This document shows positions 52,913 through 64,000 of a DNA stretch of 64,000 bases, piece by piece. Location: positions 84,818,001 to 84,882,000 of the forward strand of contig CM052817.1 in NCBI GenBank assembly GCA_028534125.1. The letters run 5' to 3'. Every line of letters begins with the position of its first letter. Position 1 is the stretch's first letter. The stretch is from Lama glama. Its lineage: Eukaryota. Below the pieces are notes generated by a model. It was not told the origin of the DNA. It saw only the letters and a list, made by a program, of their open reading frames with translations, and did not search any database. The position numbers were made by a program, and so were the translations under genes.

Positions 52913-54835
52913 TATTTGAAGCAATGAGGACCTTGGGAGTAAATAAGATGGTGAAACTATCCTGACTATTAACTTTTCTTCTAAGGCTCCTGACATGTAG
53001 GGAGAAAAATTAAGGTAGCTGGATGAGTCCATGTGAAAGTGTAAATGAAAAAAAGAATGAGATTAAGTTCATGTTGGAAGTTTGTTTTAGTTGTTCTTCA
53101 CACGTATTAACCTATACAGTGAAGTTAACAATCCTTTAAATTTCAGATGGTGGATCTTACTTGAAATCAACTGTGCTTAGCTTAATTTTCAACATTTTGC
53201 AGTTACTATGTGTTTCCAATACAATTCAAAAGTAACTTTGTTCTGTGTTCTCTCTCCCACCCTCATTTTCACGAAGGACATGAATTCTTTAAAAATTTGC
53301 AGAGTAACATTACTTTTTTTCTGCTCCGTGAAGGAATATAATTATAAGAGTGAAAAGCATTGAGCTGATGGTTCATAATACACTAATTCATAATTGTGCG
53401 TTAACATTCTGATTAAAATAAAATACTTAATGAAACTGGAGAAAGATTTCATTCTCACCCTTCTCATTATATGTATGGTGAGTTCTGAGATTCAGGCGAT
53501 GTTGCAGCAGAGAGGCTATCGTAAGTGAATGCTGCTTAGGAAGCTATTCAACGGGAGTTTTTAAACAGCTGTTCCCAAGCTTCATTAAGACTCATTATGA
53601 GTTGTCATGTAATGGAGAACTTATATTTTTTGATGATCTCTGCATACCAGTAGAGATAAAAGTATGTCTTAAGGCAGAACTAAAAAGAACAGAAGCTGGT
53701 ACATATTAAAAATAGATTACTAAAATGCCCTAGTTAGCTGGCACAGACCTTAAAAGCTCAGTACAATCATTCAGATTTAAAGGGAAAGATAAAAAGTGAC
53801 TAAACTCACTGAGCTTTTAATACATCAACTGTTATATTTTAGGGAAAGAACTCTATTCTTTCATATGAAAGGTACCTGGGGGCCCCAGAGGTTGATCTGC
53901 ACCACTCATAATGGAACTTCAGAGAGCTGGCACAGTCACGGCTGAGAAGGGCATCCTGATAGCTTTTCTAATTGTTACCTTGGTTTCAAGTGCAGGTAGG
54001 GTCACATCTTCCCTTCATGCACCACACCTCAGAGACCTTTCTCACATCACACAAAGTGAAAGGTGATCTCATTCTTGATCAAAGCATGAGGATCATTGAT
54101 ACAGCTAGTTCTGTATCAACAGGGACCTCCAGAATGAAATATACATAGAATGGACTTGGCAGAAATGTGTTTTCAGAAGCAGGAGATTAGGGGAATTGTT
54201 CAAAGTTTCAAAGCTGTTTTTACAGAGCAAGCATACTGTTTTTTACTTACATTGTCAATAGTAGCAAAGATTTTAAAGGGATGTCTTTATTTATAGTTTA
54301 TGAAAGATAAGAAAACACCCAATATCCATATCAGATTTTTAAATTGCTATTAATTTGGTGATATTGTAGCAATGATGAAAATTAATGATGGTCACTTTAG
54401 CCCCAAGTCACTGCCCAGAACTGCCATTCTTCCATCAAATTTCTGACTTTCTAACACTTTCTGACAACAAGCACAGTCACCAGGAGCAATCTTGTCAGGG
54501 CCACCTGTGAGCTAGGTCTCTCGTGGCTCACTGTCACATGCAGCCCTCATTCCCATATCCTGTCATGCTCACCCAGAACTCAATATCCTATAGAAAAATC
54601 AGGAGAATGCTAAGCAAATGGTTCTCCTCTTGACCAGTTTTCTTTTGTGAAGAGGAGACAATGTTTAGTAGGTACATTGCACACTTGCCAGTAGGAAACA
54701 GAACTGCAGATTGCCATGCAGTTCGAGACAACTTGGAGCTGCTCAAAGAAAACATTCCTTCCTGACAGAGAGCCAGGCATGAAAGTGGTTATAGAAAAAG
54801 ATAACAAATGCGAGTCCATGTAGCCACAAATGCTG

Positions 54836-54956
54836 TATAAAGCTGAGGATGAGGGGCACCATCTAACAAAGCTTGCAGATGCAGAGTGAGAAAAAACTAG
54901 ATCTGTGTGCACAGCAATGTAGGAAATGTGTAATGTCTCTTTTACTCAAGGTGAGT
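54836..54956 (+). other. Candidate alternative first exon (TATA, ATG, 24 codons, strong donor)
   Basis: TATAAAG at 54836. ATG at 54879 opens MQSEKKLDLCAQQCRKCVMSLLLK, ending at AAG|GTGAGT (54950/54951). Lies in non-repeat DNA. Peptide not recognised. Confidence 0.3.
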
Positions 54957-55469
54957 GCAAAAGGGAGAGGGCTAGGTGGAGAAGAGGCTGGCTCCCCACT
55001 AAAGAGCAGGGTGAGTAAAGGGAGAGTGGGTCAGGGGAAAATAATATTTCACGATGTTCTTGAAATGTGCTCGCATTGTAACCATTTTGTTTCTGAAAAT
55101 TTTTCCCAAGGTAACTAATTAGCTTTTTCAATTGTTTGCAAACTATTGAACAGCTTCATATTTGATAGTCTTTATCCAGCATCTTGATATGGCCAATAGG
55201 TGTGTTAGAGAGTTTGGAGACACAGGAGAACTTAAGGAACATTTATTAGCATTTTCCTGTTTAATGTACTTCGGAATTATCCAGGAAGTATAGGAGCTTC
55301 TTATTGGAAAGCTTTAATTGCTGTTGAGATGGAAACTTCTCAGTGATTAATTTGGAGTGGCAAATGGCAGTATGATTGTTTAGATAATCCTAGTGCAGCC
55401 AATCTAGTGTTCTCCTTCACAATAGGCTTTCTCTTCTTTCTATTCTCTCATCACCACAGAACTTTGAAT

Positions 55470-55690
55470 AGTATCTGCAGTTTCAAACAGTGCTTTTATA
55501 CCTATTATTTCAGAACCCTGTGAGGAAGGTAGGGCCAAAATTACAACCCCCATTTTATAGATGAGGATACAGGTCAAGGAGTCTGCAGAAACTGGGCAGG
55601 CAATGCAGCTAGTTAGCAGCAGACCTGGGACTTCAACACAGGTGTCCTAAATCTAATCTTGAAAGCATGTTCTTTCTAGAAGAACACACT
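55470..55690 (-). mobile_element. MIR SINE
   Basis: AACCCTGTGAGGAAGGTAGG...CCCCATTTTATAGATGAGGATACAGG. Confidence 0.8.
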
Positions 55691-57849
55691 GCCGCAAACC
55701 CAGTTATAGAAGACAGGATTCCTACGGAAGAGATGAACTATTTTTGGTAAGTCTAGCTTTCTGGGATTCCTGGGAAGATTTTTGAGATCAAGCCTAGAAG
55801 TTAATGATTGATTCTTGCCAATTGAGCAGACACATTTCAGAAGTTCCTGCAGCTATTTTTTTTGTAATCGTGTTTTTTTTTTAATGATTTCTATTTTAAA
55901 GAAATTGTCTGCTAAATATATAGTGATTTTAATAGTAATGCAATGTCTGTATGACCAACTCAATATGTGAAAATATGACAGGCAATTTAACTTGGCTGTG
56001 TAGACTCTGGTTCTGTCTTGTAATGGATGGTACCACCTTAGTTTTACACTGCATTTTTCAACGTTGCTAAGGATTTAACAAACTGTGCATGGCTTATGTG
56101 AACAGCCTGTTCTCCCCATGAAAGATGGCAAGCATGCTGTGATGACAATACCATGCAATCAGTGTTCAGGATGGATCCTCTCCATTCTGGATGCAGCTAC
56201 TAAAATAAGAATGGAACAAAACAGAAAGGGCTTTGTTGAAGTAAACTGGATTCAGATGCTAAGAGGTCATAGTCATTCATTGTGTATTTTTGTAAGCTTA
56301 TCCCTAAAGGTTAATACACAGGGTTTTTCTTGCCTTAAATAAGTAGCATTTGAAATGACTTGTTTTCATATTTATCATGCCAGTGTTTTCCGTAATGAGT
56401 GTGAACAATTATTTTGTCGTGCTTTTCCAAGCAACCTTAATTTCTCCACATGACAAACTCTTTTATTTTTATTTCCCACTTAATTCAAACTTCCATTTTT
56501 ATAATCCTTGAGGTCAGAAGGAGATGGGATTCAGATAAATATCATTTAAATATAGTCAGTCTTGGGCTATTCACTGGAATAGGTTTTATGTCCTTTCTGT
56601 GTTATTTGACTCAGTATCAAAGGTGCAATTTGTTCTCTGTGTTTTCAATTTAGTGTATCCTCAGTATTACATGGTGTGTTAATTTGAAATACGAGTACCA
56701 CAGGGTATGGCCGGAACCACAGAATTTAATGTGAATGAATTAGAGTCTTAGGTCCATGAGTCAGACCAGCCTTTGCCAAGATATATTCAGTAGAACATAA
56801 ATCCTGTAGTATTTGAAGAGGGTGGGAGGCGATGGGAGGGAGGAAGGATATTTGAGAAATGTGATATGCCTCTCTTTGGAATTAGTAATGCCATTAGCAT
56901 ATGAATGGTCTTGAGAATTCCTACAGTAGATAATTTTGTTTAATTCAGTATTTCTCAAATTTATTTCACTCAATCACACATATTTCATTGAATTTTTATT
57001 ATAGGCCAAGTTTTCTTGGAGAAAAACATGAAAAAATCCTTTCCCCTGTGAAGCTTACAATCGGGTGGGGGATACAGACAATAACAAATAAATACGTAAA
57101 GTTAAGATGTAAGTCAGTTAGTGCAAAGTGCTATGGAGATTTAAGAAAGAGAGAGAGAAGAAGGATGAAGGAGTGGGGGTAGAGGTGGAAAAGTTAGATG
57201 TTTGTTTGATCACAGCATCTCTGTTGTGCATGAGTAATGTTACTGAGGCCTGTGGAACTCAAGTCTACAGGGAACACTCTGAGAACCAGAGTGGGATCTT
57301 CAGTCACAGTCAGGAACCTTGAGCCCTTCACTTCCTAGATTCGTGTTTCATCTTTCTTTACAGATGATAATTTCTTTAAACAGTATCCTGTATCCTCAAT
57401 GTATATTTCTGAATTTGGCTAACAATACCTGTGACATATGAGCTAGTGCTGATACAGTACTTAAACATTTTTAAACCAGCTTTGCCCTTTGAAGGAATGT
57501 AATAGATAACCAAAAATCAGATTAATAACCACTAGATGTCGGTGTTATCACTGGGTAACAGGCATGATCTTAAAGCTCCTTAGCAGGCATGGTTGACCTA
57601 GATAATCTACTACATAAGTAGATATTAAAAAAATACCTTCCCAGTTTATTAAAATAAAACTGCATAACTTTCGCAAGCAGTTCCTAGATGATAAAGACAA
57701 ATATAATTTGGAACAAGATTTAAAGAAAACAGAACGTAGGCTTACTCATACTATTGATCAAGCTAAGGAGTTAATCAAAACACATTTTGTGACATTTTCT
57801 CAATGTGAGTTAACGTGTCCAAGAAACCCCTACTATTATTTGTAGTTGC

Positions 57850-59935
57850 AACTAGTATGTGTCAGGTGCCTCAACTAGACACCAGGAAGGGTAAAATTAA
57901 TAAGCTGATGTCTCTCAAAACAAAGGTAGTTAACAGTATGATGTCGTAAAGTAGAGACAGACATAAAGCAGAGGAAGGAGGCAGAAGAATGACTAGTTTT
58001 ACAGATAATTCAGTAGCAATTAGGAGGACTGATTTGCAGAAGGACAAGTTAGGAGCATGAAGGCTTTTGGGAACTTTTACAACAGTTCAGGTAAGAGGTA
58101 AAGAGGTTGGCAATTGTTTATGCTGACTGAATTCACAGACAAAGTAGAAGACATCAGGTAGTAACTCCTGCACTCTCCAGCATCAGACCTGCAAACCCAC
58201 CTGCGTATTGACTAATTATTTTCCTCTTTCCTCTCTTTTTACTGTGGCTTAGGTACTTCTTTTTCTATGTTAGGCTCATATGCCAAACTGTTCTCCAGCC
58301 CCCATACCCTCCATTGTGAGGACCTTGTGGCATTGAATATTCTGAATCTTGACTCTCTTCCTCTTTCTCAAATTCTTTCCCCTCAGAATTTGCATGTGAT
58401 CTATTATCACCAATCCTAAAAAACAGACCTCGCCAATCCACCAACCAGTGACCTTCTGCTCTTCCCACAAGACTCTTTAACAATTGTCACCTCAAAGAAT
58501 TGATTACACTCTCTACTCACTCCCTCCTCAACCAGCAGCAATCTGCCTCTGTCCACACAAACTGCTCCCACTGGTGGTTGGTTACTGATGACCTCCACGT
58601 CCCTAAGTTCGATGGGCACTTTCATCTTTTATTTTGTTTGATAGTTAAAGCATCTGCCACTGAGTATTTATTACTATTTGAACCATTATCATTCCACAAC
58701 ATCACATTTTCCTGGTTTGTCTCCTAATTATTAGCACTATTTATCAGACATTTCATGCCTTCTCTTCCCCTTAGATATTGATTTGGTTTAGGTTACCCAC
58801 CCCGCACCCTGTTTTTACTCTCTGTATTTTATCCACAGGTCATGCTTATCTGTTTTCGTGGCTAGCTATTTTTATTTATATGCCTAAGTCTGCGTCCAGC
58901 CCAGTTCTCCCTCGTTTTTCTCCTGGCATCTTCAAATCCATATTAAAAATTAACATTACTTTTTTTCTCTTAAAACTTACTTCTTCATCACCATATTCTG
59001 ACTTTCTTGTTCAAGCTAGGAAGTTTGGCAATATCTTTGATTTTTTTTTCTTCTTCTTCTATGACTATATCCAATAAATGCACATACACTTAAACTTATT
59101 TATTGAATTCCTACTACGTGCCAAATGCTCAGGATACAGTAGGAAGCAAAACATACAGATGCACGACTTCAGAGTTTACAGTTGAATTGGAGAAGCTGAC
59201 AACAAATATGACAATAAGTCGTATATAAATTGTTTTAGATATTTTGAAATGTATGCTGTGAATAAAAGTATTGAGGGTTTAGTGTTAAACAAGATGTTCG
59301 GGAAGTGATACTTAAACAGACCTTAAGGGTAATAATAAATCAATTGTGAAAACTGGGGAAACAGTGTTTCAGGCAGAAGGGAAAAACATATGTAAAGACA
59401 TTAAATTGGAAAAGAGTTTGCCAGAAAACCAGTATAAAAATTGTTTGCATTTCTCTCCGCTGAAGTCTCTAAATGCTTAATGTGGTTAATAAGGGCTTTT
59501 AGGATTGTGCCCCTGACTGGTCTTAGCCCACCTCTTGTGCTGGTACTTCAGTCTTTTGTCCACATTGCATGGGAGTTTCTTTGGGTCCCCTAATATGTGA
59601 AGCTCTCTCTGACTTTGAACCCTTCACCACCAGCTTCCACTGGCTTTTTCCGTTGTCACTGGGAGTGGTCCCATTGCACTCTCTCCTTTATTTGCCAGTT
59701 CAGACTCGTTCTGCAGGCCTTCTCAAGGGGGGCCCCAAAGCTCCTCTTTCATAACCAGCTCTGCTCTTGTTCAGTGTCAACTTTCCACACCAGACTGTAG
59801 ACTTGATGAGGACAGGGACCTTGTCTGTATCTTTTTTAAAGCCTATATCCTCAGAGCCTAGTACCATTCCTGCCATATTACAGCTACTCAGTAAAAATGT
59901 GTTGCCTGAATGAATGAACGAGTAAAGTAAATGAA
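57850..59935. mobile_element. Cluster of L2 fragments in alternating orientation
   Basis: Minus-like pieces at ~57850-58110 and ~59090-59420, plus-like pieces at ~58170-59075 and ~59440-59935. The last ends GAATGAATGAA. Confidence 0.6.
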
Positions 59936-60099
59936 CGATTGGATATTGAAAAAGAGGCAGACTTCAGGGTTCAGAGCCAATTTTCCAACCCCCATAATCA
60001 CACAAGTGCTGCCCATATTGATGGACAGGTTTATGTGGGAAAGATAATTGAATCAGTTTGAGACGTACTGGATTTAAGTTTAGGAGTCATAATCTTTAT

Positions 60100-61425
60100 C
60101 TGTAATATTCTCAGTAAAAAAACAAAACAAAACAAAACAAACTCCTTTGACTCCCATATTCAGCTCCTATTTTATTTCTATTGCTGCTCTTGGAGAAAAA
60201 CTCAAAATGGCAATCTCAACTTTTCTCCACTTCTGTTGTTCCGTTAACCCATTTCAATGAGGCTTTTGTTTCCACTGCTCAGCAGGCCCAGCTCTTATCA
60301 GTGCCTTTTAGCTTGCTTGTTCCAAACCCAGTGGCCCATACATCTAACTTAAAAACATTGACACTGGCATCCTTTCTTCTTTCTGGAAACACTTTCCTCT
60401 TTGGCCTCTTTCTCCGTTTTCCTCACACCGCAGTGCTCTCCACTCTTTTGCTGGATTTACCTCTACTTCTCAAATATCAAATGTCGAGGGACCCTAGGGC
60501 TCAGTCTTCAACTCTTCCTTATCCATGGATTTTAATCCACCGCTCCAGATGCTTTACAAAGCATCTATTTCTTGGTGAGTCCCAGTTTTACGTGTTTAAC
60601 CGTGATCTCAAACCCAAACTCCAGACTCACCTATTCAGTTTTCAACTTGACATCTGCACTTAGATGCTAATCAGACATCTCAAATGCAACACAGCAAAAA
60701 TGGAACTTTTGAATTTCCTCTGAAATCTGCTCCAGAAGTCTTTCTCATTTCAGTAAATGCAATTCATTCTGCCAGTTGCTTAATCCAAGCATCTTGAAGT
60801 CATTTCTCGACTCCTCTCTTGCTTTCACTTCCCACATTCCATCTATCCTAATCCTAAATGCTCTGATTCTGAAATATGTCTAGAACTCAGCCACTCCTCA
60901 CCAACTACCCCCAGGCAAAGTAGGCTAACTGGTCCCTTGATTCTATCCTAGTCCCACAAATCCTGTTTCTGCACAGCAACCAGAGTCATTTTTACAGAAG
61001 TTTGCCTGGTCCTATTATCTCTGTTTACAAAGTCCTCCAGTGGTTTGTCATCTCACTCTGTTCTTACCATGGCCTTCCAGGCCCTACATGATCTGTCCCC
61101 AGTCTATCTTTCTGACTTTATCTCATTCAGTTTTCCTTCTTGGAAAAAGGTACTCTAACCACATTGACTTCTTTGCCTTTTTTCAATACCTGAATGTCCT
61201 TCAAAGGACGGCTCCCACTTCAGACCCTTTGCTTGGTCTGCTCTTTTGCTGGGGACACCCTTTCTCCAGATGTTTTAATAAGGCACAATGTTACTTTATC
61301 TGAGAGTCTTTTCATTAATACCTCATAAAAAATAGAAGCTTTCTTCACTTTCTGTCCTACCCACCTTAACGTCATAGCATTTACCATCACTTGACACATT
61401 ATATATTTCTTTATTTTAGATAGTA
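60100..61425 (+). mobile_element. Long L2 fragment (ORF2 3' part and UTR)
   Basis: AACTCCAGACTCAC, TTGACATCTGCACTTAGATG...CATCTCAAA, TTTCAGTAAATG and CACAGCAACCAGAGT. Confidence 0.8.
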
Positions 61426-62269
61426 GGCACATAAATTAATTCAATCAGAGTTCTAACTAGAATTTAGACTTACAGTTCAAATTCAGACATCCTTTTCTGT
61501 TTCCATCTACCTGATTCAAAACAAGGCAAAAAACTGAATACTTTTTATAATGTGTGTCCTAGTCTTCGATGGCATGTAGATGCCTAAGGACAATTGATTA
61601 TGTGACATGATTATGTGGTCCCACTTTTTACTGAAAATTTAAACTCTTCTTTCCCATGTCTGTTCCTGTGCTTTTTCCCTCTGTTACCCTGATTATTCAT
61701 ACTTATTCAACCCGATGGTCTCATTCTTCTTATTCTTTCAGCTCAGGGCTCCCTTAAAGTTTATTTGCATAAAGCAAGAGCAGCAACACTGTCAGTAACT
61801 TAGTTTTCTAAGGCAGTCTGAGTCTTACAAAAAAATTCTAAAAGCGTTTATCTCGCTTTTTTAACTTCATAACATTTTCAAAACAACATAACATAGCAAA
61901 AATAATTTGTAAAGAGTTACACAGTGACTTCCCAACACCTCTCAACACCATGTGCCAGCTGGTGCTCTCGGGGTGAATGGCTGGGTAATAGCTCAGTTCC
62001 CAGGGAGAAGGAAATGAATATCTAAGCACGTTTTTTGTTTTGTTTTTCAGTGCAATTAAATTCCCCTAAGGCAGGCACTTTGTATTGTTCCAGGCTTTTC
62101 TCCCTGGGCCTAGGATTGTGCCTTGCATTTTGTCGATATGCTAAAAATAGATCCATGGTGAATTAAATGAGTGAGTAAATGAGTAAAAATTAGCAAAAAG
62201 GAGTTCACATAATAAAGAAGAAAGGCAGGTTTCTGAAAGGAGTTTTAGATGTGTGAGATATGTATTATA

Positions 62270-62415
62270 AACCTTGATCAGGATAAGCTAGCCACAGACC
62301 CTATTCACTCACCAGTAAAATGAGGACAATAATACCTCATAGTTCTTCTTGTGAGGATTATGTGAAGTAATAGGAAATAGATGGCCCATACTGAATACTA
62401 GATAAAAGTTAAGTA
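62270..62415 (+). mobile_element. MIR SINE fragment, followed by (GTT)n
   Basis: GTAAAATGAGGACAATAATACCTCATAG...TGTGAGGATTA. Confidence 0.7.
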
Positions 62416-62479
62416 GTTGTTGTTGTTGTTGTTGTTGTTGTTTTAATTAGCTCCAGTCATCTCCCCCTTTCTCCTTCTT

Positions 62480-62650
62480 TGGCTCTTTGTAGGTAAGTAA
62501 TCTTGGGGAAATTACACTTTTTTTGTCATTGTTTCTCCCTTTGTTACCAGGGAGCATTATACATGAATGTTTCTTTGAGGATTAAATGAGACTCTGCACA
62601 GGAAAATTCTGAAGCCTAATAGACATTCTGGTGTTTATGTAATACATTAT
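62480..62650 (+). mobile_element. MIR SINE fragment
   Basis: TCTTGGGGAAATTAC...TTGAGGATTAAATGAGA. Confidence 0.55.
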
Positions 62651-63010
62651 TATTATTTGGTAAAATCACTGTATTTCCATTGTTACATAAATAATAGTAT
62701 AGTGTAGTATCTATTGGTCTCTCTATAGTCAGTATGCTCCAAGTTCCTCGAGGAAATCCCTGACTTTTCCTGTCTTTGCAAAAGCTACTCTTCCCTTACT
62801 GTCTTTTCCCATTCCCTCCATGATCCATGTCAAAGAAGGAAAGAAGGAGCAGCTCTGATCTGAGTCAAGGTCAAAAAAGAGCCCTCAAGAATACTTACTT
62901 ATGTAACAATATTAAGGAGTGGAATATTTATTGGGAAGAATGATGGGATTAAAGATGAAACTGAAAAAGAATAGTTATTTTCTTGGGCCATTTCTTCTTT
63001 GGTTACTTTA

Positions 63011-63242
63011 CAGTTTCTCAGCATCAACACTATTGATATTTTGGGCTGGATAAATTTTTGGGGGGTTTGCAGGTTGTCTTTTACATTATGGGATCGTCAG
63101 CTGCATCCTTGGCCTCTACCCATTGGATGCTCATAGTACCCTCCTAGTTGTGACAACCAAAAATGTCTTCAGGTATTGCCAAATATTCCCTGGTGGGATT
63201 GAGGGGGTGGTGGTGGGAAATAGCTCTCAATTGAGAACACTG
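63011..63242. mobile_element. MER20 (hAT-Charlie)
   Basis: CACTATTGATATTTTGGGCTGGATAA, GCATCCTTGGCCTCTACCCATTGGATGC and GTTGTGACAACCAAAAATGTCT. Ends TTGAGAACACTG. Confidence 0.9.
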
Positions 63243-63569
63243 ATTTACTGCAACAAGGGGATGGATTAAAGAGAGTTTCCCATTAAAAGGGTCTCCTCTC
63301 AGCCTTAGAAGAAAAGGAGATGTAGGCTGAACCCTAGCATAACATAAATAAGGAGGGAGCAATCTGATATTAAGTCATTTTCTTTCACTCCCTCCTGCTT
63401 AGGAGTAATATATTCAGTGTGGGCTTGTGTTTGGATGACTTTGGTTCCAGTTTCATGAAACTAACAGTTTACAGCTGATATTCTGGTATAATAATGCTCC
63501 TTTTTATTCTCAAATGTGTCGCCATTTGTACAATAAGTTATATGGTCACCTTAGCTAATGTAGTGATCA

Positions 63570-63830
63570 CTATTTTAAATGCTGTGAATTCAGGGGTTAA
63601 AAACATAACAAAGTCCACTCTTTCCTATCTGGAGCTCATGTTACAAGTGAGGAGCAAGAAAATCAATGTATTGTACAATATTGGTTAGTTACAAGTGTCA
63701 TAAAAATGCAGAACACGGAGCTAGGGAGTGAGAAGAGGGGGCTGGGATACTCCTTTAAATAATGTAGTTAGGAGGACTTCTTCCAATACCGGTAGTGCCA
63801 TTTGAGTGGAGACCTAATGCTGTGTGGGTG
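63570..63830 (-). mobile_element. L2 3' region
   Basis: GGAGCTCATGTTACAAGTGAGGAG and TTTGAGTGGAGACCT. Confidence 0.55.
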
Positions 63831-64000
63831 TGGATCAGACTTGTCATGGCTGTCTCTAATCTAGACTTAAGTTAAAGGAGCAAAACCTTCACTTGGGTTT
63901 TATTTTCGTATCATCCATATGAATCTCCCAGGCAAATCCAGGTTTTGTCTGTTCTTAATATTATACAATGTGGGGTGGGGTACTATTAAAAATAATATAA

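Noticed and set aside
54096..54119. Hairpin TTGATACAG-ctagtt-CTGTATCAA
   Set aside because: A 9-bp stem is expected by chance in 64 kb, and it has no supporting context.
60181..60663. Longest ORF in the track (160 aa)
   Set aside because: Starts at TTG and lies in a decayed L2. No recognisable host protein and no exon structure.

Overview
AT-rich, CpG-poor placental mammal DNA with no intact protein-coding gene, RNA gene or CRISPR array that I can support. The ORF-track entries are chance ORFs or microsatellite read-throughs. The window is a transposable-element mosaic: MIR, L2, L3/CR1, old L1M pieces, MaLR/ERVL LTRs and hAT/Tigger MITEs, plus four copies of a young L1 3' end. That L1 resembles camelid L1 as I recall it, and I saw no Alu, B1/B2, Bov-tA, PRE-1 or SINEC, so the species is probably a camelid (inference). 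Most L1 copies are on the minus strand, which suggests a long intron of a + strand gene. The best-supported observations are: (1) a decayed minus-strand ERV-L provirus at ~28.1-31.1 kb with readable LTR, PBS, gag, protease and RT; (2) an L1 insertion at 13.5-14.2 kb with a probable 3' transduction, lying tail-to-tail with a second L1; (3) a candidate + strand alternative first exon at ~54.9 kb; (4) a recursive-splice-like motif at 62.5 kb; (5) a MER53 hairpin carrying a miR-1302-like sequence; and (6) a perfect 73-bp tandem duplication. I found no convincing new biological system. Repeat family names come from recalled consensus sequences, not from a database search, and most boundaries are approximate.
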